NCBI GenBank assembly: GCA_023231475.1 | Contig: JALJEE010000735.1 | Location: 62,001-126,000, forward strand | Source of the DNA: Seison nebaliae | Taxonomy: Eukaryota | Reading direction: 5' to 3' | Length of the DNA stretch: 64,000 bases | In this document: positions 27,801 to 41,500 of the stretch, in pieces | Position numbering within the stretch: position 1 is the first letter of the stretch | Layout: each line of letters starts with the position of its first letter | Notes under the pieces: model-generated | The model's input: the letters and a program-made list of their open reading frames with translations, nothing else | What the model was told of the DNA's origin: nothing | The model's database searches: none | Translations under genes and position numbers: made by a program

Positions 27801-30800
27801 TAATACGTAATCCATTTCTGTCGATTTAGAAGAGTTTAATGAAAACGTCGACTTCAAATATTTTCAAGTCTTTGATGCAGCTAATCACTTCGTCTCCATT
27901 CTCTTCTTACTCGCTTATTACCATTCACTACCTAACCAGTCAATTATTTGTTATATTTCAATTTTAATTCTTCGTTCTCATGTGAAACTTATTTACTTTC
28001 GACAGAGTTTGTTTCTCCCGCCCAATGTCGAGAAGTTTCTGAATGTCTTCTTTTAATTCCTCCAGCTACCAACTAACTGAATGGGAAGTATATCGGTTAG
28101 TCGTAAATCCCTCTGAGAAATATATATATATATAGGATATATTCATTCGGTAAGAAGATTTGTTTGGATTGATCATGGTGGAAAATGGAAAGATATTTTG
28201 ATTATCTCAATTTATGCATCTTTTAACGGATTAGTGTTATAATGGCATATAGCTCATCTCAAATTTCAAATAATTAATTTCTCCTTTTTCCATCTAAATT
28301 GTCTGAGTAGTTCAATTTGAGAGGAAGCACATTTTGTGCATATTCAAATTGAGTATTCGTTATTCACGTCCCATATCTACAGGAATAGAGATAGATATTA
28401 AAGAGATATAATCTATTTACACTACGAAATTGGATGATTCAATGAGGACGAACGATTAAATAAAAGTGTTTTTCCTTTCATTAGACAGATTGGAATGAGA
28501 TTAGAAAGATTTGAAAGTTTATCGTAAATGTGATTTAGTCATTTTGGAGATGATATGTAATTGACGATAGATAGAAGTGAAATGTTATTCTGAGATTGAT
28601 ATGTTTTCTTCAATGAGATCCCAATTCGATGAGGAAAGAATATTCCAGAAATTCGGTAATAATCAACATAATTATTTTTCTTATGAGGATTCTTGTTAAA
28701 TGATTAATTGGAATAAACTAACGAAATTGAATGAGAGGAATTGGAAGGAAGGAATAAGGACAGAAAGAACTCTTTAATAAATTGTTTTTGTGAGGTGGAT
28801 AACGATGAAGACGATCGATACATATATGATGGAGGGCACACGAAAACTGAAAATCAGAAATTGAATTTCATCTCATTTCTAGTTCGTCTTTTCATTCTGT
28901 CCCCCCTCCCCTCTTCCTTCACCATAACATCTCATCAACACTTTTCACGATTGTCGTGACGAGATCGATCAAAAACAAATTAGCTGAACTTCTTCCATCT
29001 GCCAATATGTTTCTCTTCGTAATCGAATAGCACAAGCATCTTACCGTTCGAATTCATTTCCAATCGACGAGAGCTATCGGTATTACTTTCCGTCTTTTTG
29101 ATTCTCCTATTATATCTTCGTGTTGAGAACGATTGAAAGGAACCGTCACGACGACGTTTCGATTGAGAAGAAGAGATCATTCCTAATGAAAAAGAAATGA
29201 GATTGGAATCGATAAGTTTCCCTTTCTAATGTGATGGTGGAAGACGACATCGATTGATTTCTGACAGTCAGCGTCAACGAATACATTTCCAAATGGAAAT
29301 CAACGAGTTTAACTGTCATTTCGTGATTGTATGTCAAATGAACAGCAGCAATATGTTCAGAAATGTTTATGTTCAGAAATTAGAAAGTCGTCGTCTTCTG
29401 TGCGCACATATCTACATTGGCATATGGCTAAGCACTTATCGTTGTCATGACGACGATTTAGAAATGAGTCTATTGAACACTAGCGATCGAAATTCATCAG
29501 ATAGAAAGCGAGAAGTAGATTTCGTTTTCGCTCCTCATATATTATTCGACATAATGTCATCTATAAGGAATATAAATTGTTCTTCTCATTTTCTTTATTT
29601 TCTTTTAGTTTCATATTCCACCAGTCCCCCCCTTCACTTCTTTTTCAGTCTCTTCTAATTCTTAGAATGATAAAAACTATCAAGCTACTCTCATTGTTGT
29701 TGTTGTGTATTCTCATCAATATCATCTCCCATTCCTTTTTAGACGACGATTTACTCCCAATTAATTGGAACATAAAACTGTTTAATAGATTAGAGTGCGA
29801 GAATCATTATCATTCTCAATCACTTCCCTCACTCGTCTTCTACATCCATCTGCTACTGTCAAATAGAATTGTCTTGTTTTCTCTCTCACATCTCTCAGAT
29901 TTATCAGCGTCGTCAGAATGAGGATGTGGGTGAAGGAAACATCGTGTTAGAACAATAACGCTTATCGTCGAAACATAGTTCCCTTCGAAATAATCGTTGT
30001 TATCGTTAACCGATAATTATTATTTCCATCAACCACCACCCACCGTTTCATCATTCTCTATATCATATTTTCCATTCCCATCTACATAGCCAGTTCCGCA
30101 GATTCAACATCATTGTCACTTATGTTCACTTCACTTATTATCGTCAAAAGAGTGTTCATTATATAATTTGATGTCATACGGATTAATCGTCCATTGAAAC
30201 GCATTCCAACATACTCTTTTTCCACACTACAACATAGAGTGTAATGTTTTCTTATCAATTCCTCATCTGAAACTTCACTATTTTCGGAGAATTAAATTTT
30301 TCGACATCTTAACTCGTCGACTTACAATATTGGTACTGAATATTATAATGAATGACATGTAGTTTAACAATCTTATAAATGAGAAGTCTTATAAATGATA
30401 ATATCATATCTCATTTTGATAATCGTTACTTATTCACAATTTCAACTAATCTACTTTATCATTGAATTGTCGAGTTTATTTATCTTATCTCGAACCGTTG
30501 TCAATTCGGTTGAATATGAATTATTATCAGTCAACAATTTCAAGTTTCATATTTTTCTCAGTTAATTCGTCAGTTGAGATGGTTGTCGGATGATTCTCTA
30601 AGAATTCCTCATCTGAATATATGACAAGTTCGAATTGTTCTATCAGTATGTCGACTGCGTCCAACCTCCCCATGTTCGACAAGTACGTTCCATTACATGT
30701 AGATGTGGCGGATAGGTTTATGTTCATCGATATAATGTTAGTGTACACATACCCAGGTATTGTCGATGTATTCTTCAAATATTATATATTATTAACGCGT

Positions 30801-33172
30801 GAATGAATTGGGAAATTGCTGATTCCATTTTCTTTCATATATTCGATACGATGATGTCTTTCTATTCCATTTATTTCTTCTCTTCTTTATTCCTCAATTG
30901 CTTCCCTCCAATTCATTTCCAAATCGATTCAATAATTAATGGAATCAAACAGTTCCTGTAGAGAGACGTTCTTTCGACATTCATCGATCAAATAATCGTA
31001 TTTTAAATGTAGTCATTTGGGAATAGAACAAAGAAATTGATCTAGTGTCGCGCAATCTCTATTGGAGAGAAAAGAGGTCGACGTTGTCGCCAATTTCATC
31101 GCCAATACATCACAAGAGAACGTCTTCGTCGTCGTCTTCTTCTTCTTCTTCTTCTTTGATTAGTCAACGTGAACGATTTTAAGTCATTATATTAGGGGGT
31201 TCAGTCTTTTCAGTTCACATCTTCCGATTCCTTTCATGAAATTTATTTTTGAATTATTCGATAAACATTTCCCCTTCGCACACCTCATTGAAACACTCTT
31301 CCATCAATGTCTTCCTTCGACAATTCAATTCACTAAAATTTTCTTTTATTAAACTTCGATACACGTTTCTTGCATCATAATTCGTTTGTTATTCGTCGTC
31401 ATTATCATCTTCGTCCGTTTTGGAATTCTTCTTTAGAACTCCCTTCCTTATCACTTCTACTTTTCATCATATAATTGATTAATATGTTTCCTCACTTATT
31501 TAAGCTACATTTAATATTCGTAGTTGCATTCAAATATCTCTACAACTGATTCCTTATCAATTTTTCCTTATCTTTAATTATAATTCTCATAATATGTATA
31601 TTGTTCGAGAGTCGACATGCCAATGTATCGATGTGGATAAGTAGGAGAGGATGATGATAGAGATAGTTCTCATAAGCTGGTGTTCACTCGAAATGATTCG
31701 CATTGATTTATTGTCATATTGAATCGTGTAATGGGTGAATGGGAGGGAGGGGGAACGTAGGCGGAAATGGTTTCTTTTTAGAAACGCCATCGTTCATCAA
31801 CAACAATACAATCGATTTTTTCTTTGATTTGGAATGTGATTTTCTTCTATTCAGATTCACTCAGCCACTCTCTCCTCAAGTATAAGAAGTGACGATATTA
31901 AAAGAAACATTAAGTGCGACGGCACCAACCCCATTTCCTTTCGTTCTCCTGATGATAGTGATAGCTGTTGGGAATTCCGGTCGCGTTTTTAATGTACGGC
32001 ATCCTTTCGCTTCAACGCCTTTTACTCGTTAGATAAAGATGAGATTCGCATGAACAATAGAACGATTCCATTTCTAAACTTTTTATTTTGTCTGACGACA
32101 ATATAATTCCACCGTCAACCGAGAGAGATGACAGCGTTTAACTGCTCGTTGGTAGTAATGGGAATTTAATTACTGTATTAGAATGTCGATATTCCTCATT
32201 TTTCTTCCTTTAGAATTTATGTTTGATTTGGTAAATTCTCGTCGATTCTCCATTAGACTATTCCATTCTGATATTCCAATGTTTATCGATTTATATCTCT
32301 CCTCTCGACAATACTTGTATTGTGAGAGTATGTGCCCTCACACACACACACACACAGTGAGATGTATCAATTGTGTAGGTGTCTGATGTGTATATGTGTG
32401 TGTGTGTGTGAGAGAGGATATCAATCAATCATTCAATCCGTTCATTCATCCATATTTACTCATTTTTTAAAGGATTTATTCGCAGAGAACTATAATTCCA
32501 TTTATTTCATGTGATTTGTCTCCGTGGTAATAGGAGTCTCTCCCATTTATTTTCTCTCATTTTTATCTCGTTCAACTCTTATTTGCTGATGATAGATATA
32601 TGCGATTTTACCTTTAAAGTGTGAACTCTTTTTTTCCCCTTCCACCAAAACTAAAGTACTGCAAACAAATTTTCTTCTATCAGAAGAAAAGAATTTGATA
32701 ATGAATAAATTCATCTGTTGTTCCTTCTCATTTAATCGTTTATTGTTTTGCATTCCGCAATCGTCATCAAATCGATTCTTCATCAGTCAAATACATCAAT
32801 CTTCCACTGTTATCGATGAATGATTTCACCTTTGGTGTTTGAACAATTCATTTCTTTTCGTTCGCTCATCTACCATAAGCATCGATGCGGATGAACGCCA
32901 TTCAATGGCACAATCTCTTCTTTCAACATCGATAACATATTCTCAATCTTCCATTCATCAAATATTTAATATATTCTTTCTTATCTTTCAATTGTTTCTC
33001 TATAAATTTTTCCTTGGATAGATCTAAGATTTTATTTGATAGTATGTGCGTGGTCGAGTGATCGATTCGTAGAAATTTAATCATAAAACTATTCAGCATT
33101 CAAACAATTTTTTTGTGAAGAAGAAAATCATATTGAGAAAGAAAGAATTCTCCGTTCAATGTTTACATTGGA

Positions 33173-34756
33173 ATGACTACATTGGATGATACAAATAAAC
33201 TGGCGAGAATGTCTCTCCTGCTACAAGCGCCTCCACAACCATTAATCAGTTCGAATGATTTGGAAACATCGACAACTGTCATACCAACCACATCCTCTGT
33301 GACGTCATCTCTTTCGTCATCAGCATCATCGACATCTTCATCATCCTCGTCCTCATTAAAAAGAAGTATCGACAATGTTTCTTGTTTAAATGTGTTGACT
33401 TCGGCATCACCCGAATCATCGACATTATCATCAAATGATTTATTAATTCCACATTCGATGGACACACCAGAAAAATTATTGAAACTCTCTGGCGTATCAT
33501 CTCAATTCGATTCGAATAAATTGTTAATGAAGAATCTCATATGTAAAGAAGAGAAGATGGAAGAGAAATCTAATGAAGATGTGACATTGATTGAGATGAT
33601 TAAAGAGAAATCGATAGATATCAGAAATCAGATTCAATCATCAAATTTTCGATCGATTCAATGTAAAGTCATTTATAGTTCGACTGGTCAAGAAGAAGAG
33701 AATGAAATTATTTTTTACGACAACTTATTTATGAGAATGGATGACAATTTACAAGTGTCTTTATTACCTTTAATGATTCTATCAGATTTGGGATGTATCG
33801 ACCAATTCTCTTATGTTCTTTTGACACAATTGAAAACGAAATTGATTCTCAATCATATTTATGAAAGGAATCATATTAATCATAATCAGATCGTAGATCA
33901 TATATCCGACTCATGTCAGAACTTATTAACAACAGTAACAACACCAACAATAACTCAAACTAGTACGACGACAACAAATGAGAATGATGGAAATGATTTG
34001 AATAAAACATTAACGATCTCTCAACAATTATTTCCAGAGATATGTCAAATGAATGTGAAGATGAGAGTGGGAGGAAAAGAGATTCGATTAAATGAATTAA
34101 TCAATGAAATGAATGAGAATGAATTATCATTGAAATCGTTATGTGATGGAGTAGATAATAATGAATATCAGTTGCCATATATTCAGATTCATGTTTATGG
34201 TGAAATGTCGACGATGAAGATGGATGAGAGAATTCGAATGAGAATGTCACAGAAATTGTTAGTTTTGAGTGAGAAGATTATGCCAAACAAATGGAGAACG
34301 ACTCATCATTCTACTATACTCTCTCTCATCAACAATATGATGTCCGATATGAAATTATCGACAATTGATCAAGACACATCAACTCGTTCATGTTGCTCAT
34401 CTATCGTTTCAACTCTTTCATCTTCCTCCAATCAATTAGCGAATGCAGCGGAAGTGTCAAATCGATTACTCTCTCTCTATAACTTACAAACGAATTCGAC
34501 GGATGTCCATTCCACAAACGGTACACCATCAACTAAAATGATTATTAGTAGTTCGATCGCTCGTTCTATAACGACAGCTACCATATCAATGGCGGAATCG
34601 CCTCAAATCAATAATAAGAAGAATGAGAAGAATTTAGAAGAGAATGAACAAATCGACGAGAAGGTAATCGATGATGGAAATGATGATATTCCTTTAAATT
34701 TCGATTTGATTAATAATAATAATAATAATAATAATCGTTCGGATAATGATCAATCA

Positions 34757-34793
<37 letters not shown>

Positions 34794-37105
34794 GAGGAAA
34801 TGTGAACAATAAGAATATGTTACAAGTATTTCAGTTGTTGGCGAAAGTGATGAATATGGCAAATCGGAATAATGAAGAGAATGAAAATAAATCAAATTAT
34901 CAATCGAAAAATTTTGAAATGAATGAAACTTTCGTTGATGATTTAGTCGATTCAGAAGATAATAGTACTCCATCACAAAATGATTCATTTAATCCTTATC
35001 TTCTTCAAACGCCTTCAAACAACTCTCAATTACAACAACAACAACACCATATACAGAATTCTTTAGAAACTATCGATTTCCCGAAAGAGAATTGTCATTT
35101 GGATGTGAATCGACCAGTGCCGACAAATGATAGAAAACCGAGAGATCGAACCACATTTGATCCACAAGAAGAGATTCCAAGATTACAAAAGATATTCGAA
35201 AACACTCCACATCCAAATCGTGGACAATTGGTAAAAATAACGGAATTGTTGAACCGTCTTAGAAATCAAACGGGTCGCCGTTCTCTCGAAGTACACAATG
35301 TGCAGTATTGGTTCAAGAATTCACGAGCATCGATGAGAAGAAGAACATTAACGAGTATGAAACAAGAGACGACGACAATTCAATCTGATCGTCATAGTGA
35401 CGATGAGGAAGAAATGAAATTTTCATTATCTCCCGAATCTTTTTCACCTCGATCCACCAAATTTGGCGATCAGTCAATCGATGAGAATAAGATGACGAGA
35501 GATCGTTTAATTTCCACGATTAAAATGGAGAATTGTAGAATAACACCTCAGTTGTTGGAGTATGCGACAGCGGAGAAACATTCGTTGGGACGAGGTCGTG
35601 GAGTACATAAATATCTTGCGGCACATGCGAGATCAGATGATACTAACGGACGATCGATGAATAATGATGACGAGAATTTCGTTATTGAAGAGGTATTCAA
35701 TTTACCGTTGGAACAATTGAAGAAGACTTTAAATGAAAAGTTGATCAACGGAAATATTGTTAATTCTAGTAATTTGTCTAACGGTCGAACAATGATGAGA
35801 AATATGGATCACGAAATTGTCAATGCTTCAATATCCACCACTCCCACAAATGGTACACGTCAAGTGGGCAGTCAGAAAAGGAAGAAAGCATCACCAAATA
35901 AATTGATATTGAATGGTTTGATATCATCCGTTCCTATTATCTCCTCCTCATCTCAAATCGATTGTTGTGGAGAATATTATAGCTCATTCATTAATGAGAA
36001 TATTTCACCTTCACCATTCTCTTTAGAAGGATCACTTACCAGCAATAAAAATAAGAATGATTGTAATAATAATGGTCTCATAATGAGTAGTAAAGAGAAT
36101 GCTAATGGTCATACAAATGGTGATATTCAATCAACAATTGAATCGATTTCTGATGAACAAATGACAGACAATTGTTATCCGAATGATACTGATTCTGATA
36201 TGGATGATCAGAATTCTAACCAACAACAACAACAACAACAATGTCAGATGAATGAAATAGGTATTGATAATTTCAATAATAATAACAACAATAACAACTC
36301 GGATACTTCGAATAAATGTGGACAGTTGTTGTTGAAGGAATTCCTCAAATTATATTCAGCCAATTTCTCACCAAATCCAAATACGAATAACAATAATAAT
36401 AATCAATTATCAGATGCGACAAATTTGTTATTCGCTGATAATTTAACATCTCATAATAATAACTTCTCTAACAACAATACGAATAATATTGGAAAGTTAT
36501 TTGAACAAGCAAATTTTTCATTGAATAATCTCCATACTAATAATAATAATAATAATAATATCTCAAATAATAACAACAACAACAACAACGGTAATAGTAA
36601 TGGTGGTTTAAATGTGAATATAGGAAATTCGGCAAATTTCCTTTTAAAGAATATGGCGAATGGTTGTGATGAGAATAGTAAAAAGAATGGAGATTGTAAA
36701 GTTAATACGAAATTACATGAAAAGAAAGTGATTCTTTCTCCATATGACAATTTGGATAAGATCAAAGATCTCACTAAGAACGAACGAATGGCAATCGCAG
36801 CAGCTGGACGTAATCGAGTTTTCATCGATCCAGTTTCTGAAGTGCCAATTCTCAAACGACATTTCGCCAAAGACACTCATCCTGACGTGATGACATTGAA
36901 GGATATTTGTAACGAGATTAATGCTGGAGAATTCCGTCGTCGAATTCAACCGTTAGAAACGAAGAATATTCATCTTTGGTTCAAGAACCATCGAGCTAAA
37001 GTGAAACGTTTACACGAGAAAGGTATCACGTTGCCAGAAGCGAAATCTCATTTTACGAATTCCAGTTCGAAACTTATCAAATCGTCTCGTATCTACAAAC
37101 AGTAG
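33173..37105 (+). CDS. dve: Defective proventriculus / Compass (SATB-related) homeobox transcription factor with two atypical homeodomains, 1310 aa single ORF
   Basis: HD1 RTTFDPQEEIPRLQKIF..PHPNR..LEVHNVQYWFKNSRA (~35132-35345) and HD2 RNRVFIDPVSEVPILKRHF..THP..LETKNIHLWFKNHRAK (~36808-37010) closely follow the two Dve homeodomains (RTSFDPE.ELPKLQ.WF; RNRTFIDPVTEVPKLE.WF). Poly-N/Q/S linkers. Confidence 0.9.
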
Positions 37106-37647
37106 TAGAGAGAACTGATGATGTGATGAGTATTGATCGTCGTAGAAATGAGAAGATTATTTCAAACGATTGATTAATTGAATATTCGAAATATGGATCT
37201 CATAATGTATTCAATTATTTAGGTGGATGTTAATCACTTTAATTTCATTTCTTTCCATTTCCTCCAATGGAATATTATACTTTCCATATTTTATTTATTT
37301 CGTTATCATAAACTTATTCCATCACTTCCATTATCTGATTATTAATCATTTAATCTCTTCTCAAAGTTCCTTTTCGCATATCAGAATTCTCATTTGAATT
37401 GTGGATGGAAGTTGAAAATTCTCTTCCTCAATTCTCCTAAGAAGTATTATTCTAATTTATTTAATTTCATATCCTTCTCATAAATCAACATGTTTCACCG
37501 TAATAATTCAAAGAAAATCTCGTTTTATTTCAACCATTTGCCGAAGTAATTAATAATTTGGAAGACATCTGAGAAAAATGTCATCGATACCTTTTCATAT
37601 CATTCCATCTTAGTATCTTTATTCTTTTCTTTCATTCTTTATATTCA

Positions 37648-37678
<31 letters not shown>

Positions 37679-38567
37679 CTATTCGGATCAGATAATAAAA
37701 AAGAATTTATTATCCATCACTACCACCACCACCACCACCACCATCATCACTATCCATAACGGTAATTATTATTGGAGTCGTCTGTTTTCAGTATTTATTA
37801 TTTCACTTTATCACAGTCATCATCATTCGAATGATTCTTTTACTTTATTATCATTCTTTGATTCGATAAGTTTTTCTTTCCTTTTTTTTTATTCTAATCG
37901 CTCACTATGTGATTGATTCCTTGTTTGTTTCCAAAATTGTGTTCCGCTTGTATAGAAATCATCAATCTTGTCATTTTTCGGGAGACCAACTCAACAAACT
38001 CGCATCGTTGTTAATAATACATCTATTAATCGATGCAGTCATCCGTTGTGACAACCAGGTGCTCCAACTTTCTTCTCATCCATTTTAAAAACTACAACAA
38101 ATTTTTAACGAAGAAATCATTCCGAACTATTCACAATTTATTCGATTTCAAGTTTTTTATTTTCAATTTCTCACAACCGTTCTACGTATTAACCACTACT
38201 CAATAAACATGAATAACTACAACAAACGAATTCATCGATTTTCATTCAGTGACAAATGGAAATTTTGGACATGCACATTCTATTTGGTAGGCGCTGGAGA
38301 AGGAGTCGAGGGAATAATCGACGAAAAAATAATCCGACGACTCACATTGTTCGCCTAAATGGGAAAATTTATTTATTCTTATCGAACCTTCTATCGAAGA
38401 GAAATTCCTACAGATTTAATTCAATTTATATTTTGAGAATGATCAACCGAATCGCGTTTTTCAGTATTCGTCTTTTCTTTTATTTCAATCCATCTAAAAC
38501 TCATACAACTTTATATAATAATTCAATTTTATTTGAATAAATTTATTATTAAATATTTCTACTTTCA

Positions 38568-41500
38568 TCAGTTTATTTGCAGTTTCACTTTACCTGGAAC
38601 ATTTCGACTTAGATCGTCGTCCTTCATCATTTGTATCATTTCTCTTTCATGTCGATTCGAAATTGACTTATCTTTGACAAACTGTTGAATTGCTTGTTTC
38701 ATCGCTTTCGTTTTCTTCGTTGTTCCCGGTAACAATTTTGCCTTATACTTATACGATTGGAGACATGAATATGGTGCACACACTGAAAGAGCAAATATCA
38801 AGGGGATCGATTCTTCTTTATCATTTGACAATTTCACATCTGGATGTCCTATTAACATTTTCGGGAGTTGTGCCAAATATTCGTCAACTTTCTCATTTGT
38901 TGAATGATCATCAATTTTATCTTCTCCATCTTCATCATCTTCATCTTCATCGATGAAATGCATCTGACCTATATCAAAAAATGGAATCATTAAACTTTCC
39001 ATCATTTGGTAAAATTTGAAAATTTTGAGAAAACTTAAGAATAATCGATGAAATATTAATAACAATAATTATATCATTTATAAACATGATATAATAAGAA
39101 TTAATGAAAATAGCTCAAGATGGAACCTAATCGACTTGTTTGTTCAGTGGTGACGGAATGCATTCCACTCTTCTTCGTTTGTTTCATTCCTTTCATCATC
39201 GTTCGACGTATCCGTTCTTCACGTTTCTTCTTTCTTTCCTTTCTCTTATTTGACTTTTCTTCTCCTAAATTCGATGACCCAAAATTCTTCGTCTAAAAAT
39301 GAATTGAATAAATGAAAAACTGAAGAAGAAGATGAAGAAAAACAGATAAATATTTATTGATCAGTTCCGCATCATCTTTATCGAATTTTGATGGTTTCTT
39401 ATTTTTTTGACGACGAGATTGTTGTTGCTGATTTTGTTTATTTGCCTTATTATCAATAACATTTTTTTTATGATTTGTCGTTTCGTCATGATGAGAACTG
39501 TCAGAACCGGAATCGGAATAAATAATTTGTTTTGTTAAATTTTCGAGAATTGTATTAGGAAATTCTTTTTCTTTTAAGATTTTATCATTCGATTCGGTTA
39601 GTGGAACGGTATTGTTGATGATTATGTTCGAATCATTGGACTGATGGTTTGGAGGAATGGTTTGAGTAGAATGGATGAGTGGAGATGATTCATTATGTTC
39701 ATTAACAACATCAGCTGGTAGAACTTCCTGTTCTGATATCGATTGTCTTTCCTTCTCAAGTGTTTTATCCATTTCCATTTCTTCATTTTCAAGTGTTTCA
39801 TTGATCTCCTCTTTTTCCTTTTTCTCATCAATTCTCTTCTTCTGTTTCGATTGCTCATCATCACTCTCTATTTCCTTCTCCGTCACTTCTTCATACATGT
39901 TGATGGAAGGAAAATAATTTTCGTCAACACAGAAAACTATTCCAAATCCGAAAATTAGCTTTTGTGGAACAAGAAAATTCTTCTTTCCTCGAATGACAAA
40001 TGAACCGGTTGGCAAATATTCACCACTCGGTGCGGTTTTCTGCACTTGATGTGCATACACCCACCATGATCTAATCAACAAATGTTGATCCCATGCTGCA
40101 CTATAAACTATGGCCATCAAACCTGCTTCATTCAAAGTTTTCGGTGGAATTTCTCGATCTAATTTAACACGATCGAATTATGTTTGAAAAATTTAAAAAT
40201 AAGAAACTTTTATATGGATTTTTTATAATGACACTCGATGCTCCATGGAGATCAGCATGGACATAAATATCATTCTCCTTCAAATGTTTCTTGTATACGA
40301 ATTCGTTTTGTTGTTGATCTCGACCTCCTATAAAATAGATATTAGAAGAAGTTAGTGGATGAAAAGTTGAATGGTGAGAATAACCGATCACGAGATATCC
40401 ATCTGATGAGATGAACCAAAGAAACTTTTCGAACCAAAATATTTTTCTGGCTTTTCGTATCTCCGTTGCAATCTGTACATTCTTTATCGTTTCTTTAGCT
40501 GACGAGGAAGAAGAATAAGATTAAAGAATGATGGATTAATATTCATTAATAATAAACCATGTCGTGCTGCATTCTTCAATGCATCTTTCTCAGCTGCTGC
40601 TGTTCGTTCTTGTTTCTCTTTTAACTGTTGTTTCAATTTAAAATATTTCTCAGCATTCGTATAAGCATTCAAATCGATATCAATTATCACTTCAATTGAT
40701 TTAATTTCATTATCTTCTTCATTATCATCATCATCATCTTCTTCTTCATCATCTTCCTCATCGAATGAAGGAGAAAGATTCATAAGAAATTGATTCGTTT
40801 CTAATTTTAGTTTGAGGATTCGTTGAGCATCAATATCACCATTATCTTGACCATCTTCCACCATCTCATTAATCTGTTTCCATGATAATCGTCTACCGAG
40901 TGCTTCACGTAAAATGTTTATACATCTTTCCACACTTTCCACATTCTCAATAATCAATTGTGCTTTCTTCTCATTCTCAATCGATTGCTCCTTCATTTGT
41001 CGTTGACGACGTTCATGATCTTCTTCCACATTCTGCAACTTTTTCAATGCCTGTCGTTGTTGTTGTTGTGCTTTAGCTTCGGTTCGTGCAGATTCGATTT
41101 TTGAAAAGAATTCATCGACAGCAGCTGTATATGAATCGAATTGTAAATAAGAATCGTTCTCATATTGTCGGAAGAGTATTGGAAAGAATTGATCGTATCT
41201 AAAAAAAGAATATTAAGTTCTTTGCATTGATATCGAATTTGATGATATGTTAATTGAATTCGATAGAATTGAGAGAGATGAATGAAGATGAAGAAAATAA
41301 TATGAATTTCTATCGAATTGATAAATGAGGATAAATGATCGAATCAATTGTCTAATTGTTTTTTTTTCTTCTTCTCCTCTTTTTCAATCGATTCCTTCAA
41401 TAGAACACGTGCACTCTATAAACACATTTCACATCCGCTACGTTTGTGAAACAACGACTATTGATTCGACGAAGTGTTGTATAATGAGAGAACTGTATTA

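Noticed and set aside
30527..30778. 83-aa minus-strand ORF with protein-like composition
   Set aside because: Non-ATG start, no recognisable motif and no flanking exons I could join.
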